DNA from: Macrostomum lignano | Lineage: Eukaryota | Direction: 5' to 3' | Assembly: GCA_002269645.1 (NCBI GenBank) | Contig: NIVC01000003.1 | Span: 248,001 to 312,000, forward strand | Length of the DNA stretch: 64,000 bases | Position numbers and translations under genes: made by a program | Shown: piece after piece, positions 25,705-36,600 of the stretch | Layout of the letters: every line of letters starts with the position of its first letter | Numbering within the stretch: the stretch's first letter is position 1 | The notes under the pieces: generated by a model | The model's database searches: none | Told to the model about the DNA's origin: nothing | Seen by the model: only the letters and a program-made list of their open reading frames with translations

Positions 25705-26020
25705 AACCCAAAATCGCCCCCAGATAAACCCAGAATCGCCCCAGCTAAACCCAGAATCGCCCCAAGCCACGTCCAGAATCGCCCCAGCTAAGCCCAGAAT
25801 CGCCCCAAGCCAAGTCCAGAATCGCCCCAGCTAAGCCCAGAATCGCCCCCAGCCAAACCCAGAATCGCCCCAAGCCAAACCCAGAATCTCCTCAAGCTAA
25901 GCCCAGAATCGCCCCCAGCCAAACCCAAAATCTCCCCAACCTGAGTCCAGAATCGCCCCCAGCCAAGTCCAGAATCGCCCCCAGCCAAACCCAGAGTCGC
26001 CCCCAGCCAAACCCGAAACC
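25705..26020. repeat. ~21-bp minisatellite immediately 5' of the hydrolase ATG
   Basis: CCCAGAATCGCCCCCAGCTAAA-like units. Confidence 0.9.
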
Positions 26021-26032
26021 GCCCCCGCAGCC

Positions 26033-27518
26033 ATGTCTGCCTGCGCCCGCTGGCTGGGCACTGTCCTGATCGCAGCGGTCGCCCTGTTGCTGGGGCTGCT
26101 GCTCAACGTGCCGGAGCCGCCCGAGCGGCCATCGGCCAACCTCGCCAACCTGTCGCCGGCGCTGCAGCAGTGGCACGCGGCCGGCCGCATCCTGGAGGTG
26201 CTCCCGGGCTACCGGGTGTTCACCCTGACCGCCGACCGGCCCAACTGGTCCGGCGACCCCAACGCCGCCGAGGCCAGGCAGCTGTGCCTCATCCACGGCT
26301 TCCCTTCGTCCAGCTTCGACTATCGCAAAGCGCTGCCCCGGCTGCTGGCCGGCTTCCACCGGGTGGTGATGTTCGACCACGTTGGCTTCGGCTTCTCCGG
26401 CCAGCTGCCGGCAAACTACTCCTACTCCATCCAGGACCACGCCGATGTCACGCTGGCCGTGTGGAAGGCGCTCGGTGTGCGGCGGTGAGGCTTGCGCACT
26501 TGAATCAGGGGCGTCATGCCAATGCTTTTCAAAAAATCAATAATTTTGCTTCAGGGCGACAAAATATAGCGCTCGCGGCACCAAAATGAGTGCCTGGGGC
26601 GCTAAAATGAGTGCCTGGGGCGCTAAAATGAGTGCCTGCGGCGCTAAAATGAGTGCCTGTGGCGCCAAAATGAGTGCCTGCGGCGCTAAAATGAGTGCCT
26701 GCGGCGCCAAAATGAGTGCCTGCGGCGCCAAAATGAGTACCTGTGTGCTAAAATGAGTGCCTGCGATGCTAAAATGAGTGCCTGCGGCGCCAAAATGAGT
26801 GCCTGGGGCGCTCACGAGCCTTGACTCGAATGTTGATTTCATACAGCATTCCACCGACACCAACTCTTCTGGCAGGTGCCACGCGGTCGCGCACGACATG
26901 GGCGACTCCGTGCTAGCGGAGCTGCTGACGCGGCACTCGCGCGGCCTCCTACCCGACCGGTTCCAGCACGGCTTCTTCCAGTCGGTGACGTTCACCAACG
27001 GCGGCATGATCATCGGCCTGGCCAGTCTGCGCCTCAGCCAGCGCATCCTCCGCCTGCCGCTGCTCGGCCCGGCGCTGGCCTGGCTCGGCGCCAGCGGCCT
27101 GCAGCCCCCCGGCTTCGTCAATCAGCAGCTCCGCTCCATCTGGGGCCCCGGCGCCGACGAGGCCCAGCGAAACGCCGACATCGCCGACCTGCTGGACCTG
27201 AACCGGGAGTTCGGCGCCGCCTGGAACCTGCACCGGAGTATCCGGTACCTGGACGACCGCTTCCTGTTCGAGCAGCGCTGGCTGGACTCGCTCGGCTCTC
27301 TGCGCCTGCCCTGCCGCCTGCTCTGGGGCGACTCTGACGCGGTCAGCCCGCAGGCGATTCCCCGGACCCTGCACTCGCGCTACCTGCCGCAGTGCCGGCT
27401 GCACTTCCTGACTGGCGTGGGCCACTTCCTCATGATGGAGGCGCCCATTAGCTGGGCCGATTTTCTTATCAGCGTTGCCAAGGAGACTGAGGAGGGCGGA
27501 GGAGGGGCGAAGGTTTAA
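26033..27518 (+). CDS. MEST: MEST-like alpha/beta hydrolase (epoxide hydrolase family, ~364 aa)
   Basis: Exons 26033-26484 and 26876-27518 (phase 2). N-terminal hydrophobic anchor, LIHGFPSSSFDY, FDHVGFGFS, AHDMGDSV (Asp nucleophile), LLWGDSD, VGHFLMME. Confidence 0.88.
26572..26810. repeat. 21-bp minisatellite in hydrolase intron
   Basis: GCTAAAATGAGTGCCTGCGGC period. Confidence 0.92.
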
Positions 27519-27559
27519 AACTGCCCGAGCTGGGGCTGCGGAGCTTCTGAGCGAAAGCT

Positions 27560-30500
27560 TCTTCTTCTTCTTCTTCTACCCGGCTCGCCGTTAGCACTGC
27601 GGTGCTAAAAAAGGCGGGGGCCAGCGCCCCATGCTGCGAAGGAGAGCGAATAAGCGACCGTGTTGGTCCTCCAGCGGGTCGTCGCTGCCGAACAAACGGA
27701 GTCGGGCGGCGTCCCCGCGGGGACAGTGGTAGATGAGATGTTCGACAGTATCAAGGGCGCCGCAGTCGGGGCAGGCGTCGGCGTCTTGGAGCCCGATGCG
27801 AGCGCGGGTGGCGGCGCAGAGCGTGCTGACGCCGGCACGAAGCTGGTTCGTAGCAACGAGCTCCGCCCTGTTGCGGCCTGGCCCGGTCAGGTGGAGAGGG
27901 GGCCCGAGGGCCTGGGTATCCAGGGAGCGACGGTCACGGCGGATGGCGGCACGCGCGGTTTGAAGGCTGATGCGGGCCGTGTCTTGTGGGAGCGTGGCGG
28001 CTTCGGCGGCGGCGGTGTCAGCTGCGTCATTGCCGGTAATGCCCGCGTGGCCTGGTACCCAAATGAAGGTGACGGGGGCGGTGCTGTTGACCAGGAGGTG
28101 CCAGCAGGCGTCGCCGATGGCGTTGGCTTGCCCCAGAGGGCCACTTTCGAGGGCCATCAGGGCGCTGAGGCTGTCGGTGGCGACCGCGACCGAGCGGGGA
28201 GGTATGGGTTGGTCCGTGAGGAGATATTCCAGCGCTGCATGGATGCCAACCAACTCAGCCTGAAAACTGCTGCAGAGGCTGCCGGCCGGCCTGCGGATAA
28301 CGGTGGTGGTGTCGCCAGCGTGGATCACAGCCGCTCCGCCGCCGTTTTCGGTTCCGCCGGCGGCCGACCCGTCGGTCCAGGCGATGGCGTCGAAATCGGC
28401 GACTCTGGCGAGACTGGCGGCCGCGGCTTCAGCCCTGGCTGCCGCGGGGGCGGAGCGGTGGACGCGGGTCGCGGCGAGGTCGAAGGTCGTGGGGCCACCG
28501 TCGCGGAGTCTCCAGGGGGTGGGCCTGGGCGGGCTTTCCCGGCCGAGACGCTGCAGGGTGGCGAAAATGGGCAGCTCGGCGGCGGCGCGGCGCCAGCACC
28601 CTCGGAACTCGCGAGAGCGGTCGAGGTCGCGGCGGTTGTCCGGGGCCTCGCCTCCCGCTGGGGCCGGGTCGAAACTTCGGTTCTTTAGCCGCGGTCTAGT
28701 TGCTCTCATGGCCGTGGTAAAGGCCGGGCAGTCTGGCGGCAGCCTGGCAATGCGCTCGAAGAGGGAAGCAGCGCGCTCGATGGCGACGTTGCCTACCGGT
28801 GGCAGGTTCGCTAGACGAAGGGTCAGATGATTGGGGGTGGTACTGCAGCATCCAGTGATGAGGCGCGCGCAGATGGTTTGCTGTTGTTCGATGGTGCGCC
28901 TGGTGCTTGGCGCCGCGCCAGTGAGCCAAATGGCACTACCGTAGTCAGCGCAGGCGCGGATAGTAGCGAGGTAGATGGTCCGCAGGACGCCGAAGCTGGC
29001 GCCGGTGCTTCGGTGGGCAATGGCGGCCAGGGCTCTACGGCGTTGGGCCATGCGGCGGCGGACCTCTTGGCCATGCTGGCTGAAGTTGAGTTGGCAGTCA
29101 AGGGTCACGCCCAGCAGTCTGGGGTGGAGATTGAAAGCGAGTTCGTGGCCGTCGATAGTGAGCGGGAGGCGGAGTTTACCGTTGCACTCAGCTGGGCAGA
29201 GGGTGAAGGTACCGTACTCGCACTTCTCCCAGCTGAGAAGCACTTTCCAGGTCTTACACCATTCTACCACGGCGTCAATGGCAGGCTGAAGGATGGCAGT
29301 GCATCCCCGGAGTTGTTGATGGGTGGCTAAGAGGCTGCTGTCGTCCGCATAGAGGTTTATGCCGCAGCTGGGGCTAGCGCGCAAGACCGCGGCGGGTAAG
29401 TCGTTGATATAAAGCAGCCAGAGGAGCGGGGCGATGACGCTGCCCTGCGGTAGCCCGTCCGAGAAGATGCGCTCGCGGCTGTAGCTGGAGCTCCAGCGGA
29501 CGGTGGCGCGTCTGTCACGGAGAAATCTGAAAATCCACAGCGTGAAACGCGCTGGGACTCCCGCGTTACGCAGTTTGACGCACAAGGCTCGGAGCCAGAC
29601 CCGGTTATACGCGCGTTTGAAGTCCAGCAGAACAAGGGCCGAGCGGTGAGCGGGGCTGGCTTCGAGGCCATCGAAGATCGATTGGCAGACGTGGGCCAGC
29701 ACCTCCTCCGTGCTCCGGCCAGAGCGGAAGCCGGCTTGTTCGGGGGTGAGCTGGTGGTGCTGCTCGAGCCAGGCACTGAGGCGCTGTTGGATAAGCCGCT
29801 CCGCTGTCTTGGCAATGCAGCTGGTTAGCGCGATAGGGCGATACGATGTTGGGTTGCTCGGGTCCTTGCCCTTCTTGGGGATCGGGACGATCGTAGCGCG
29901 GCGCCACCCGGCGGGGATGGGGTCGCCGCGCCAGGTGCAGTTAATCAGGTCGAGCAGGCGGGCTTCGGTGTCCGGTGGTAGTCGCTTAATCATCTCATTG
30001 GCGATGCCGTCCGGGCCAGCGCTCTTTCCTGCTTTAAGCCGTCTGATGGCCGCGCGCAGCTCAGGCAGGGAGAAGTCGCGTTCCGCGTCGCTGGGTGGAG
30101 TCCGGCGGCAGCTGCGCAGGTAGTTGTTAGCCTCGGAGCGAACGTAGCACTCGTTGGCGGCCGGCTCGAGCCTGGACTCGCTGGCGTAAATCCCGGCGAA
30201 CAGATCGGCTTTCTCGCGATCAGTGACTGCCGTGTGGGTGCTCCCTCGTTCCGAGGTGTGTTGGATGGTAGCACTCGTGCGAGGCGGGGCGGCGTCACCG
30301 CGGAGTCTCTGGGCGAGGCGGAAAAGATCCGAGCCGATGTGGAGCCGCTCGCAAGTGCTTTCCCAGTGCTCTCGCTTGGCAGTGGCGATAGACTTGCGCA
30401 GCATGGCGCGGGCTCCATTGTACTCGGTAATGTTGGCGATCGACGGGTTAGCCTCCGTTTGTCTCCGGGCGGCGCGGGAGTCCTCCAAGGCGCTGTCACA

Positions 30501-30795
30501 GTTTTCATTCCAGAAGGACTTCGCCTGGCCTTTTCGGGCTCCTCTGGGTATGGCTGCCGTCGCGGCTTGGAGGATGTCATGGCAGAGATTCTTGTACGCC
30601 TGAGTGGTGCTGATGGGTTCCGAGCAGGCTTGGGCGTCCACGACACTTGGAGTACCTGTGAGGACCTCGGCTCCGACCACCTGCCCATAAGATTCTCGCT
30701 CCGTGATGCTGCGCGCCCCCTCCCTGCGCCAAAACGCACCGCCTGGACCTTCAAAAAAGCCGACTGGCCAATCTTCCGCAGCTCCCTGCGCACCG
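27560..30795 (-). mobile_element. 5'-truncated I-group non-LTR retrotransposon (LINE) with inverted 5' segment
   Basis: 12-bp TSD TGAGCGAAAGCT at 27548-27559 and 30796-30807; (GAA)n 3' tail; RT-RNase H ORF; end of the APE domain lies on the opposite strand at ~30642-30795. Confidence 0.95.
27591..30641 (-). CDS. LINE ORF2 (linker, reverse transcriptase, RNase H, C-terminal CCHC knuckle), endonuclease truncated
   Basis: Stop-free ~1015 aa. SAGPDGI, YRPIALTS, QAGFR, GLPQGSVIAPLLW, LYADD, WTDGS, AELVGI, TDSLSAL, WVPGHAGITGNDAAD, CPDC..DTVEHLIYHC. Confidence 0.95.
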   Translation of the reverse strand: MDAQACSEPISTTQAYKNLCHDILQAATAAIPRGARKGQAKSFWNENCDSALEDSRAARRQTEANPSIANITEYNGARAMLRKSIATAKREHWESTCERLHIGSDLFRLAQRLRGDAAPPRTSATIQHTSERGSTHTAVTDREKADLFAGIYASESRLEPAANECYVRSEANNYLRSCRRTPPSDAERDFSLPELRAAIRRLKAGKSAGPDGIANEMIKRLPPDTEARLLDLINCTWRGDPIPAGWRRATIVPIPKKGKDPSNPTSYRPIALTSCIAKTAERLIQQRLSAWLEQHHQLTPEQAGFRSGRSTEEVLAHVCQSIFDGLEASPAHRSALVLLDFKRAYNRVWLRALCVKLRNAGVPARFTLWIFRFLRDRRATVRWSSSYSRERIFSDGLPQGSVIAPLLWLLYINDLPAAVLRASPSCGINLYADDSSLLATHQQLRGCTAILQPAIDAVVEWCKTWKVLLSWEKCEYGTFTLCPAECNGKLRLPLTIDGHELAFNLHPRLLGVTLDCQLNFSQHGQEVRRRMAQRRRALAAIAHRSTGASFGVLRTIYLATIRACADYGSAIWLTGAAPSTRRTIEQQQTICARLITGCCSTTPNHLTLRLANLPPVGNVAIERAASLFERIARLPPDCPAFTTAMRATRPRLKNRSFDPAPAGGEAPDNRRDLDRSREFRGCWRRAAAELPIFATLQRLGRESPPRPTPWRLRDGGPTTFDLAATRVHRSAPAAARAEAAAASLARVADFDAIAWTDGSAAGGTENGGGAAVIHAGDTTTVIRRPAGSLCSSFQAELVGIHAALEYLLTDQPIPPRSVAVATDSLSALMALESGPLGQANAIGDACWHLLVNSTAPVTFIWVPGHAGITGNDAADTAAAEAATLPQDTARISLQTARAAIRRDRRSLDTQALGPPLHLTGPGRNRAELVATNQLRAGVSTLCAATRARIGLQDADACPDCGALDTVEHLIYHCPRGDAARLRLFGSDDPLEDQHGRLFALLRSMGRWPPPFLAPQC

Positions 30796-30867
30796 TGAGC
30801 GAAAGCTGCTGCAGTTGCTGGCCGGTTCAGACGTTTATAATCTGCTCGGCTGAATTCCCTTTCTAAC

Positions 30868-31125
30868 CGAGTCAGTGTGGGGATTATCGAGTTAGTTTGG
30901 GATTATCGAGTCAGTTTGGGGATTATCGAGTCGGTGTGGGGGATTATCGAGTCAGTCTTGGGGATTATCGAGAATCGAGTCAGTGTGGGGGATTATCGAG
31001 TCAAGTCTGGGGGATTATCGAGTCAGTCTTGGGGATTATCGAGAATCGAGTCAGTGTGGGGGATTATCGAGAATCGAGTCAGTGTGGGGGATTATCGAGT
31101 CAGTCTGGGGGAATTATCGAGTCAG
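30868..31125. repeat. ~21-bp minisatellite (GATTATCGAGTCAGTGTGGGG-like)
   Basis: Direct inspection. Confidence 0.9.
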
Positions 31126-31899
31126 TTTGCGAATTAGTCTCTCCTGAGCGAGTCATTGTGAGCTTAACGACAAATGAGCAACTTTCTGATTGAGCTTACA
31201 GCAAAAATCGAAACTGAAGTTATTCGCCAGCAAATCTATCAGACATTCTGTAGCATCCAATCATTTATTTTGACTCCGTGGATAATTTTTCTGAATGTTA
31301 ACCATGTCAATGAATTACGGTTTTTACTTTCTCCAATCGCAATCCGCCTGATTTGGTGCGCCTGATTAATTTTCCAAGTTGATTAGCTTAATAAAAATAT
31401 GCACATGCTTTGTACCTTGATTTAGTTAATTATGTTAAACACCTGTGCATACGGTTCAGCGGCACTGGCCTTCAACTGTCTGCTTTCACTTACAGAGCTG
31501 CTCACAGGCACGAGGCCTGGTACCAGCGCATGGAAATTTCCATTTTGGCATGCGCCGGCTTGCGTTTGCGGTGCATGCGTGCACTTTTAACTGGCCTAGT
31601 TTGCCTATCTGCCCTTCATGCGGTATGCCCGCCAGCCCCCTGTCTGGCACTGCAGTAACTGCTAACTGCAACTGTTAGCCTTAGCTATTTGGCTTGGGCG
31701 GGGTAATGCATTTTTACTGCTAGGTTTAGTTGACCAAGCCTATAAAGATTGCCGTGTACTTTCCATTTGGGAGGCTCCGGTTTCCCCCCAGAGTGTTTTG
31801 TGTACTTCGTTAGCAAGTACAACTAATGCCTATGTTAATCCTTTAGCCACACTGACTGATCTACCATGCCACTCAAAAAGGCTATATAAAGCTCCATAC

Positions 31900-32150
31900 C
31901 ACTCCCCTGACCCCTGCTATCACCCTGACTCCTGCTATCACCCTGACTCCCCTGCTCTCGCCCTGACCCCTGCTATCACCCTGACCCCTGCTATCACCCT
32001 GACTCCCCTGCTCTCGCCCTGACCCCTGCTATCACCCTGACTCCTGCTATCACCCTGACTCCCCTGCTCTCGCCCTGACTCCCCTGCTCTCGCCCTAACC
32101 CCTGCTATCACCCCGACTCCCCTGCTCTCGCCCTGACTCCCTGCTATCGC
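31900..32150. repeat. 18-20-bp C-rich minisatellite
   Basis: CCCTGACTCCCCTGCTCTCG and CCCTGACCCCTGCTATCA variants. Confidence 0.88.
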
Positions 32151-33514
32151 TCGAACTTTCCTACTCTCGCCTCGCTCTGACTCCCTCTCGTACTTCTTTA
32201 CTAATCATAAAAATTAAAGGTCGTGTTTTCAATCTCCATTCCATCCTTTGCGTCTCGCTTTTGAGCATCGATTCCACAAAAATCATGCAAACATGAGCGT
32301 ATATCTCGCTATCGAAATCACCTGATGCGTATACAAGTCACGTCGTACTTTCACATTCACCCCATTCGATCGGTTTCCTGTCATGTTTTCGTTCGATGAC
32401 AGCTTCAGAACAACCGAGAGCTTCTTTAATTAGAATGCCCCACTCAGGTTGCGGTGAGAGATCGATTTGCAAGGTTCAATGAGATCAGCACAGAGGGTTC
32501 TGGGGCCTGCGCTGCCCTCTCCAGTCCATTGATTATCATATGCATCTTTTAGTATTTGTTTAGTCACAAGGACTGGTGACGTCAATGGAAGCTGTTGGAG
32601 TACTGGGGAGCTGGTGGAGTAAATGGGGAGCCGAGGATTCTACAACTTGCATTGTGATGACCAGTGCTTGTGCCCTCTAACCCAAAGAGGGCAAACGCCA
32701 CTTTTCGCGCACCATACCTCTGCCGAAGGTATTGTAATATCTGTCTCAGCAAGACAAGACCGCCTGTTCAAGTACAGTAGATATGGAAATCACCACCTTA
32801 TCAGCTAAGACAGACTGTACTTTTTAAATGAATGTTTCAACAGGACAGCCGAGTTAAACCACCCAAGCGCTCGCCTGATCTTTGCAAAGGCTTGTTTTTA
32901 CAAGAGCAGAATTGGTCCGTACCGCACCAATCCGTACGCACTGCGCTACATTCGTACTCGTATTAAAATTTCGCATTTAAAACTTTGCGCGCTTTACCGA
33001 ACAAGTTCATGTACGCTTATTCGTTAGCTGTATTAAAAAACTTTCAATTCTGTTCACGTAGCAGTCCCCCATTTTTTGAGGTAATTAATAAGGCAAAAAC
33101 TCGAACGCCCCATTGTGCTACTGATAGTAGAGCAGTAGAAGAGAGCAAGAAATACATTGAATAAATCACCACTGCATGATGGCTAGCTGTCAGTTTTAAT
33201 AAAGTTTGCTGAGAACGAGGAGCACACAAGGAACTGCCTACAGAGCCTACACGGATAAAGTTGCAGAAAAATTGGTTAATAAGCTGCTAAATTTAGATAA
33301 TTGCTACGTAAGGCTTGGAAAACAAGTAATTCCTACGGGCAAGTTGCACTACAAGCACACCGAGAAAAAACAGGAAACATAAAACGAGTTACAACCAGCG
33401 CTGATTGCAAATGCACAACTGCTGCTAACTGTAACCCCATAAATACACGCGCATCGTTTAAACTAAAGAGAGAAACACGACTCAAAATGACACCACATTA
33501 CCATTAGCTCGTAG

Positions 33515-33660
33515 TCCATGGACGAGTCAAAACGGGTTGAGTTATCAAATTGGCAGTCCATGGACCAGTTCAATGGGTTGGGCTTATCAAATTGGCAGTC
33601 CATGGACCAGTCCAATAGGCTGGGCTTATCAAGTTGGCAGTCCATGGACCATAGGCTGGG
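33515..33660. repeat. 42-bp tandem repeat, about 3.5 copies, just 3' of the LMF2 stop
   Basis: TTATCAAATTGGCAGTCCATGGACCAG... period. Confidence 0.85.
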
Positions 33661-33671
33661 CCTATGGGATC

Positions 33672-36600
33672 TCAGCCTGCAAGGACGGCCCGGGAAGCCA
33701 TCCGAACGCAGGCCGCGGTCACCGCTGCGGACACCACCGCCCAAAAGCCGTCTGGCTGGCCGATCGCCGCTCTGATGGTCGTCGCCAGTCGAGCAGCGGC
33801 AGCGGCAACCGCGGAGCTCGCCGACGGCCCGCCAGTCGGCTTCGGTGGCGGCGGTGGATTCTTAGAGATGCCCTGCGATTCGGCGAAGCGAGCCATGGTG
33901 GCCAGGTTCACCGGCTGAAGGTATTCAGCCTGCAGCTCCCGCCGCCACCAGCGGCCTCGCCGGCTGTCGGGGTCGCCCCGCCTGGTGAACCGGTAGATGT
34001 ACAGCTGGCCACGGATGTACCGAGGTGGCGACGACCCGGCAAACGGATTTTCATCAAGCAGGGCCAGGACGCTGGGCTCGTTGCTTAGCAACCGGTGAAC
34101 AAGGTGCAGCAGCCAGGGATTCTGCTGGTAGCTGCCGAGAGCGGCGAACCACATCTGCCAGTCCAGGCGGGGCTGGTGCGGCGCCACCAGGCTGGGGGCT
34201 CGGCTGAGGTTGCCCGGCTTGTGCGGGAAGCCGAACTCCAGCCACGGCCCCTCCGCGCTGTGCGAGCCCTCCAGCACCAGCTCGGGCCGGCCGCCCACGC
34301 CCGTCATGCTGCGGGATCGGGGATTGATGGGGACTGTGGGAGCTCTGATAGCGACTGTGGGAGCTCTGATGGCGACTGTGGGAGCTCTGATGGGAACTGT
34401 CAGAGATCTGATGGGGACTGTGGGAGCTCTGATGGGGACTGTGGGAGCTCTGATGGGAACTGTGGGAGCTCTGATGGGGACTGTGGGAGCTCTGATGGGG
34501 ACTGTGGGAGCTCTGATGGGGACTGTGGGAGCTCTGATGGGGACTGTGGGAGCTCTGATGGGGACTGTGGGAGCTCTGATGGGGACTGTGGGAGCTCTGA
34601 TGGGGACTGAGGGAGATCTGATGGGGGGACTGAGGGAGATCTGATGGGGGACTGTGGGAGATCTGATGGGGACTGTGGGAGCTCTGATGGGGACTGTGGG
34701 AGCTCTGATGGGGACTGTGGGAGATCTGATGGCGACTGTGGGAGATCTGATGGCGACTGTGGGAGATCTGATGGAGACAGTGGGAGATCTGATGTGGGGA
34801 CTGTGGGAGATTTGATGGGGACTGTGGGAGATTTGATGGCGACTGAGGAAGATCTGATGGGGGGTAAGTGGGAGATCTGGTGGGGACTGTGGAAGATCTG
34901 ATGGGGACTGTGGGAGATCTGATGGGGACTGTGGGAGATCTGATGGGGACTGTGGGAGATCTGATGGGGACTGTGGGAGATCTGATGGAGACAGTGTGAG
35001 ATCTGATGGGGACTGAGGGAGATCTGATGGGGGACTGTGGGAGATCTGGGAGGCAAGCAAAAATCCGAGCTCACCGCCTGAAAAGTCCGTAGCTGTTGAC
35101 AATCTCCAGGCCGCTGGTTCGGCCATAGACGCTGCGCACCGCATACGGCAGCTGAGCTTGCAGAGCCTCGTCGGTGGCCGCGTGGGGCACCAGGCTGGCT
35201 GTGAACACGAAGGCAACGAAAGCTGACAGCAGCATTGCCTGCAGCAGGCCGAGCAGCCTGCCGAGAACGCCTCGGCAGTGCAGAGCAGCGCTGTGGGGAG
35301 GCCCATTTGCCCTGTCTTCATAGAGCTCGGGCAGAAACCCCACACCCCAACCCATTCCCAGATAGAAACCCCACACTCCAACCATCCCCAGATAGAAACC
35401 CCACACCCCAACCCATCCCCAGATAGAAACCCCACACCCCAACCCATCCCCAGATAGCAACCCACACTCCAACCCATCCCCAGATAGAAACTGACACTCC
35501 AACCCATCCCTAGATAGAAACTGACACTTCAACCCATCCCTAGATAGAAACCTCACACTCCAACCCATCCCTAGATAGAAACCCCACACCCCAACCCATC
35601 CCCAGATAGCAACCCACACTCCAACCCATCCCCAGATAGAAACTGACACTCCAACCCATCCCTAGATAGAAACTGACACTCCAACCCATCCCTAGATAGA
35701 AACCTCACACTCCAACCCATCCCTAGATAGAAACCCCACACTCCAACCCATCCCTAGATAGAAACCCCACACTCCTACCCATCCCCAGATAGAAACCCCA
35801 CACCCCAACCCATCCCCAGATAGCAACGCCACACTCCAACCCATCCCCAGATAGCAACCCACACTCCAACCCATCCCTAGATAGAAACTGACACTCCAAC
35901 CCATCCCTAGGTAGAAACCTCACACTCCAACCCATCCCCAGATAGAAACCCCACACCCCAACCCATCCCCAGATAGAAACCCCACACCCCAACCCATGTC
36001 CAGACACAAACCCCACACCCCAACCCATCTCCAGATAGAAACCCCACACTCCAACCCATACCCAGACACAAACCCCACTCCCCAACCCATCTCCAGACAG
36101 AAACCCCACACTCCAACCCATACCCAGACAGGAACTCACCGGACAACAGCCGCCAGCACCTCGTAGACAAGCCAGGCCAGCCCCACATACACAGACAGCA
36201 CCAGGCCGCTGCGGTTGAACTTCACCAGATCGTTCATGCTGAAGGCTGGTAGAATTTTGCAGCGGAGAATTTTCGAATATAAAAAACTAACTTGAAAGGT
36301 TCAAATTCTTTTTATACACTATTTAAGCGCTCACCAACTTTACTGTTGACGCGAAATCCGGGCCCCACAGACAGGTTGAACAGGCGCACGGTCAGATAGA
36401 AGAGCCCCACAAACAGAGTGGCTGAGATGCCCCACTCCAGCAGCTTCAGTCCTGCGTGGGATGCAGTTGCTGGGAAATGAGTTCCTGATGGGAATCAAGG
36501 CTGTGCGGTGAGAAAACCACAAACCAGTCACTCACCCGCGGCTCGCCTGGGCCCTTTTCTAGTCGAGAAATCGTCATCGTGAAGCAGCGACAGACACAGA

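Noticed and set aside
27660-30123. Long plus-strand ORFs opposite the LINE
   Set aside because: GC-rich antisense shadow frames of the RT-RNase H ORF
33672-35507. 611-aa ORF as a single CDS
   Set aside because: Only 33672-34308 is LMF2 exon in this frame; the rest is read-through of intronic minisatellites and an out-of-frame exon
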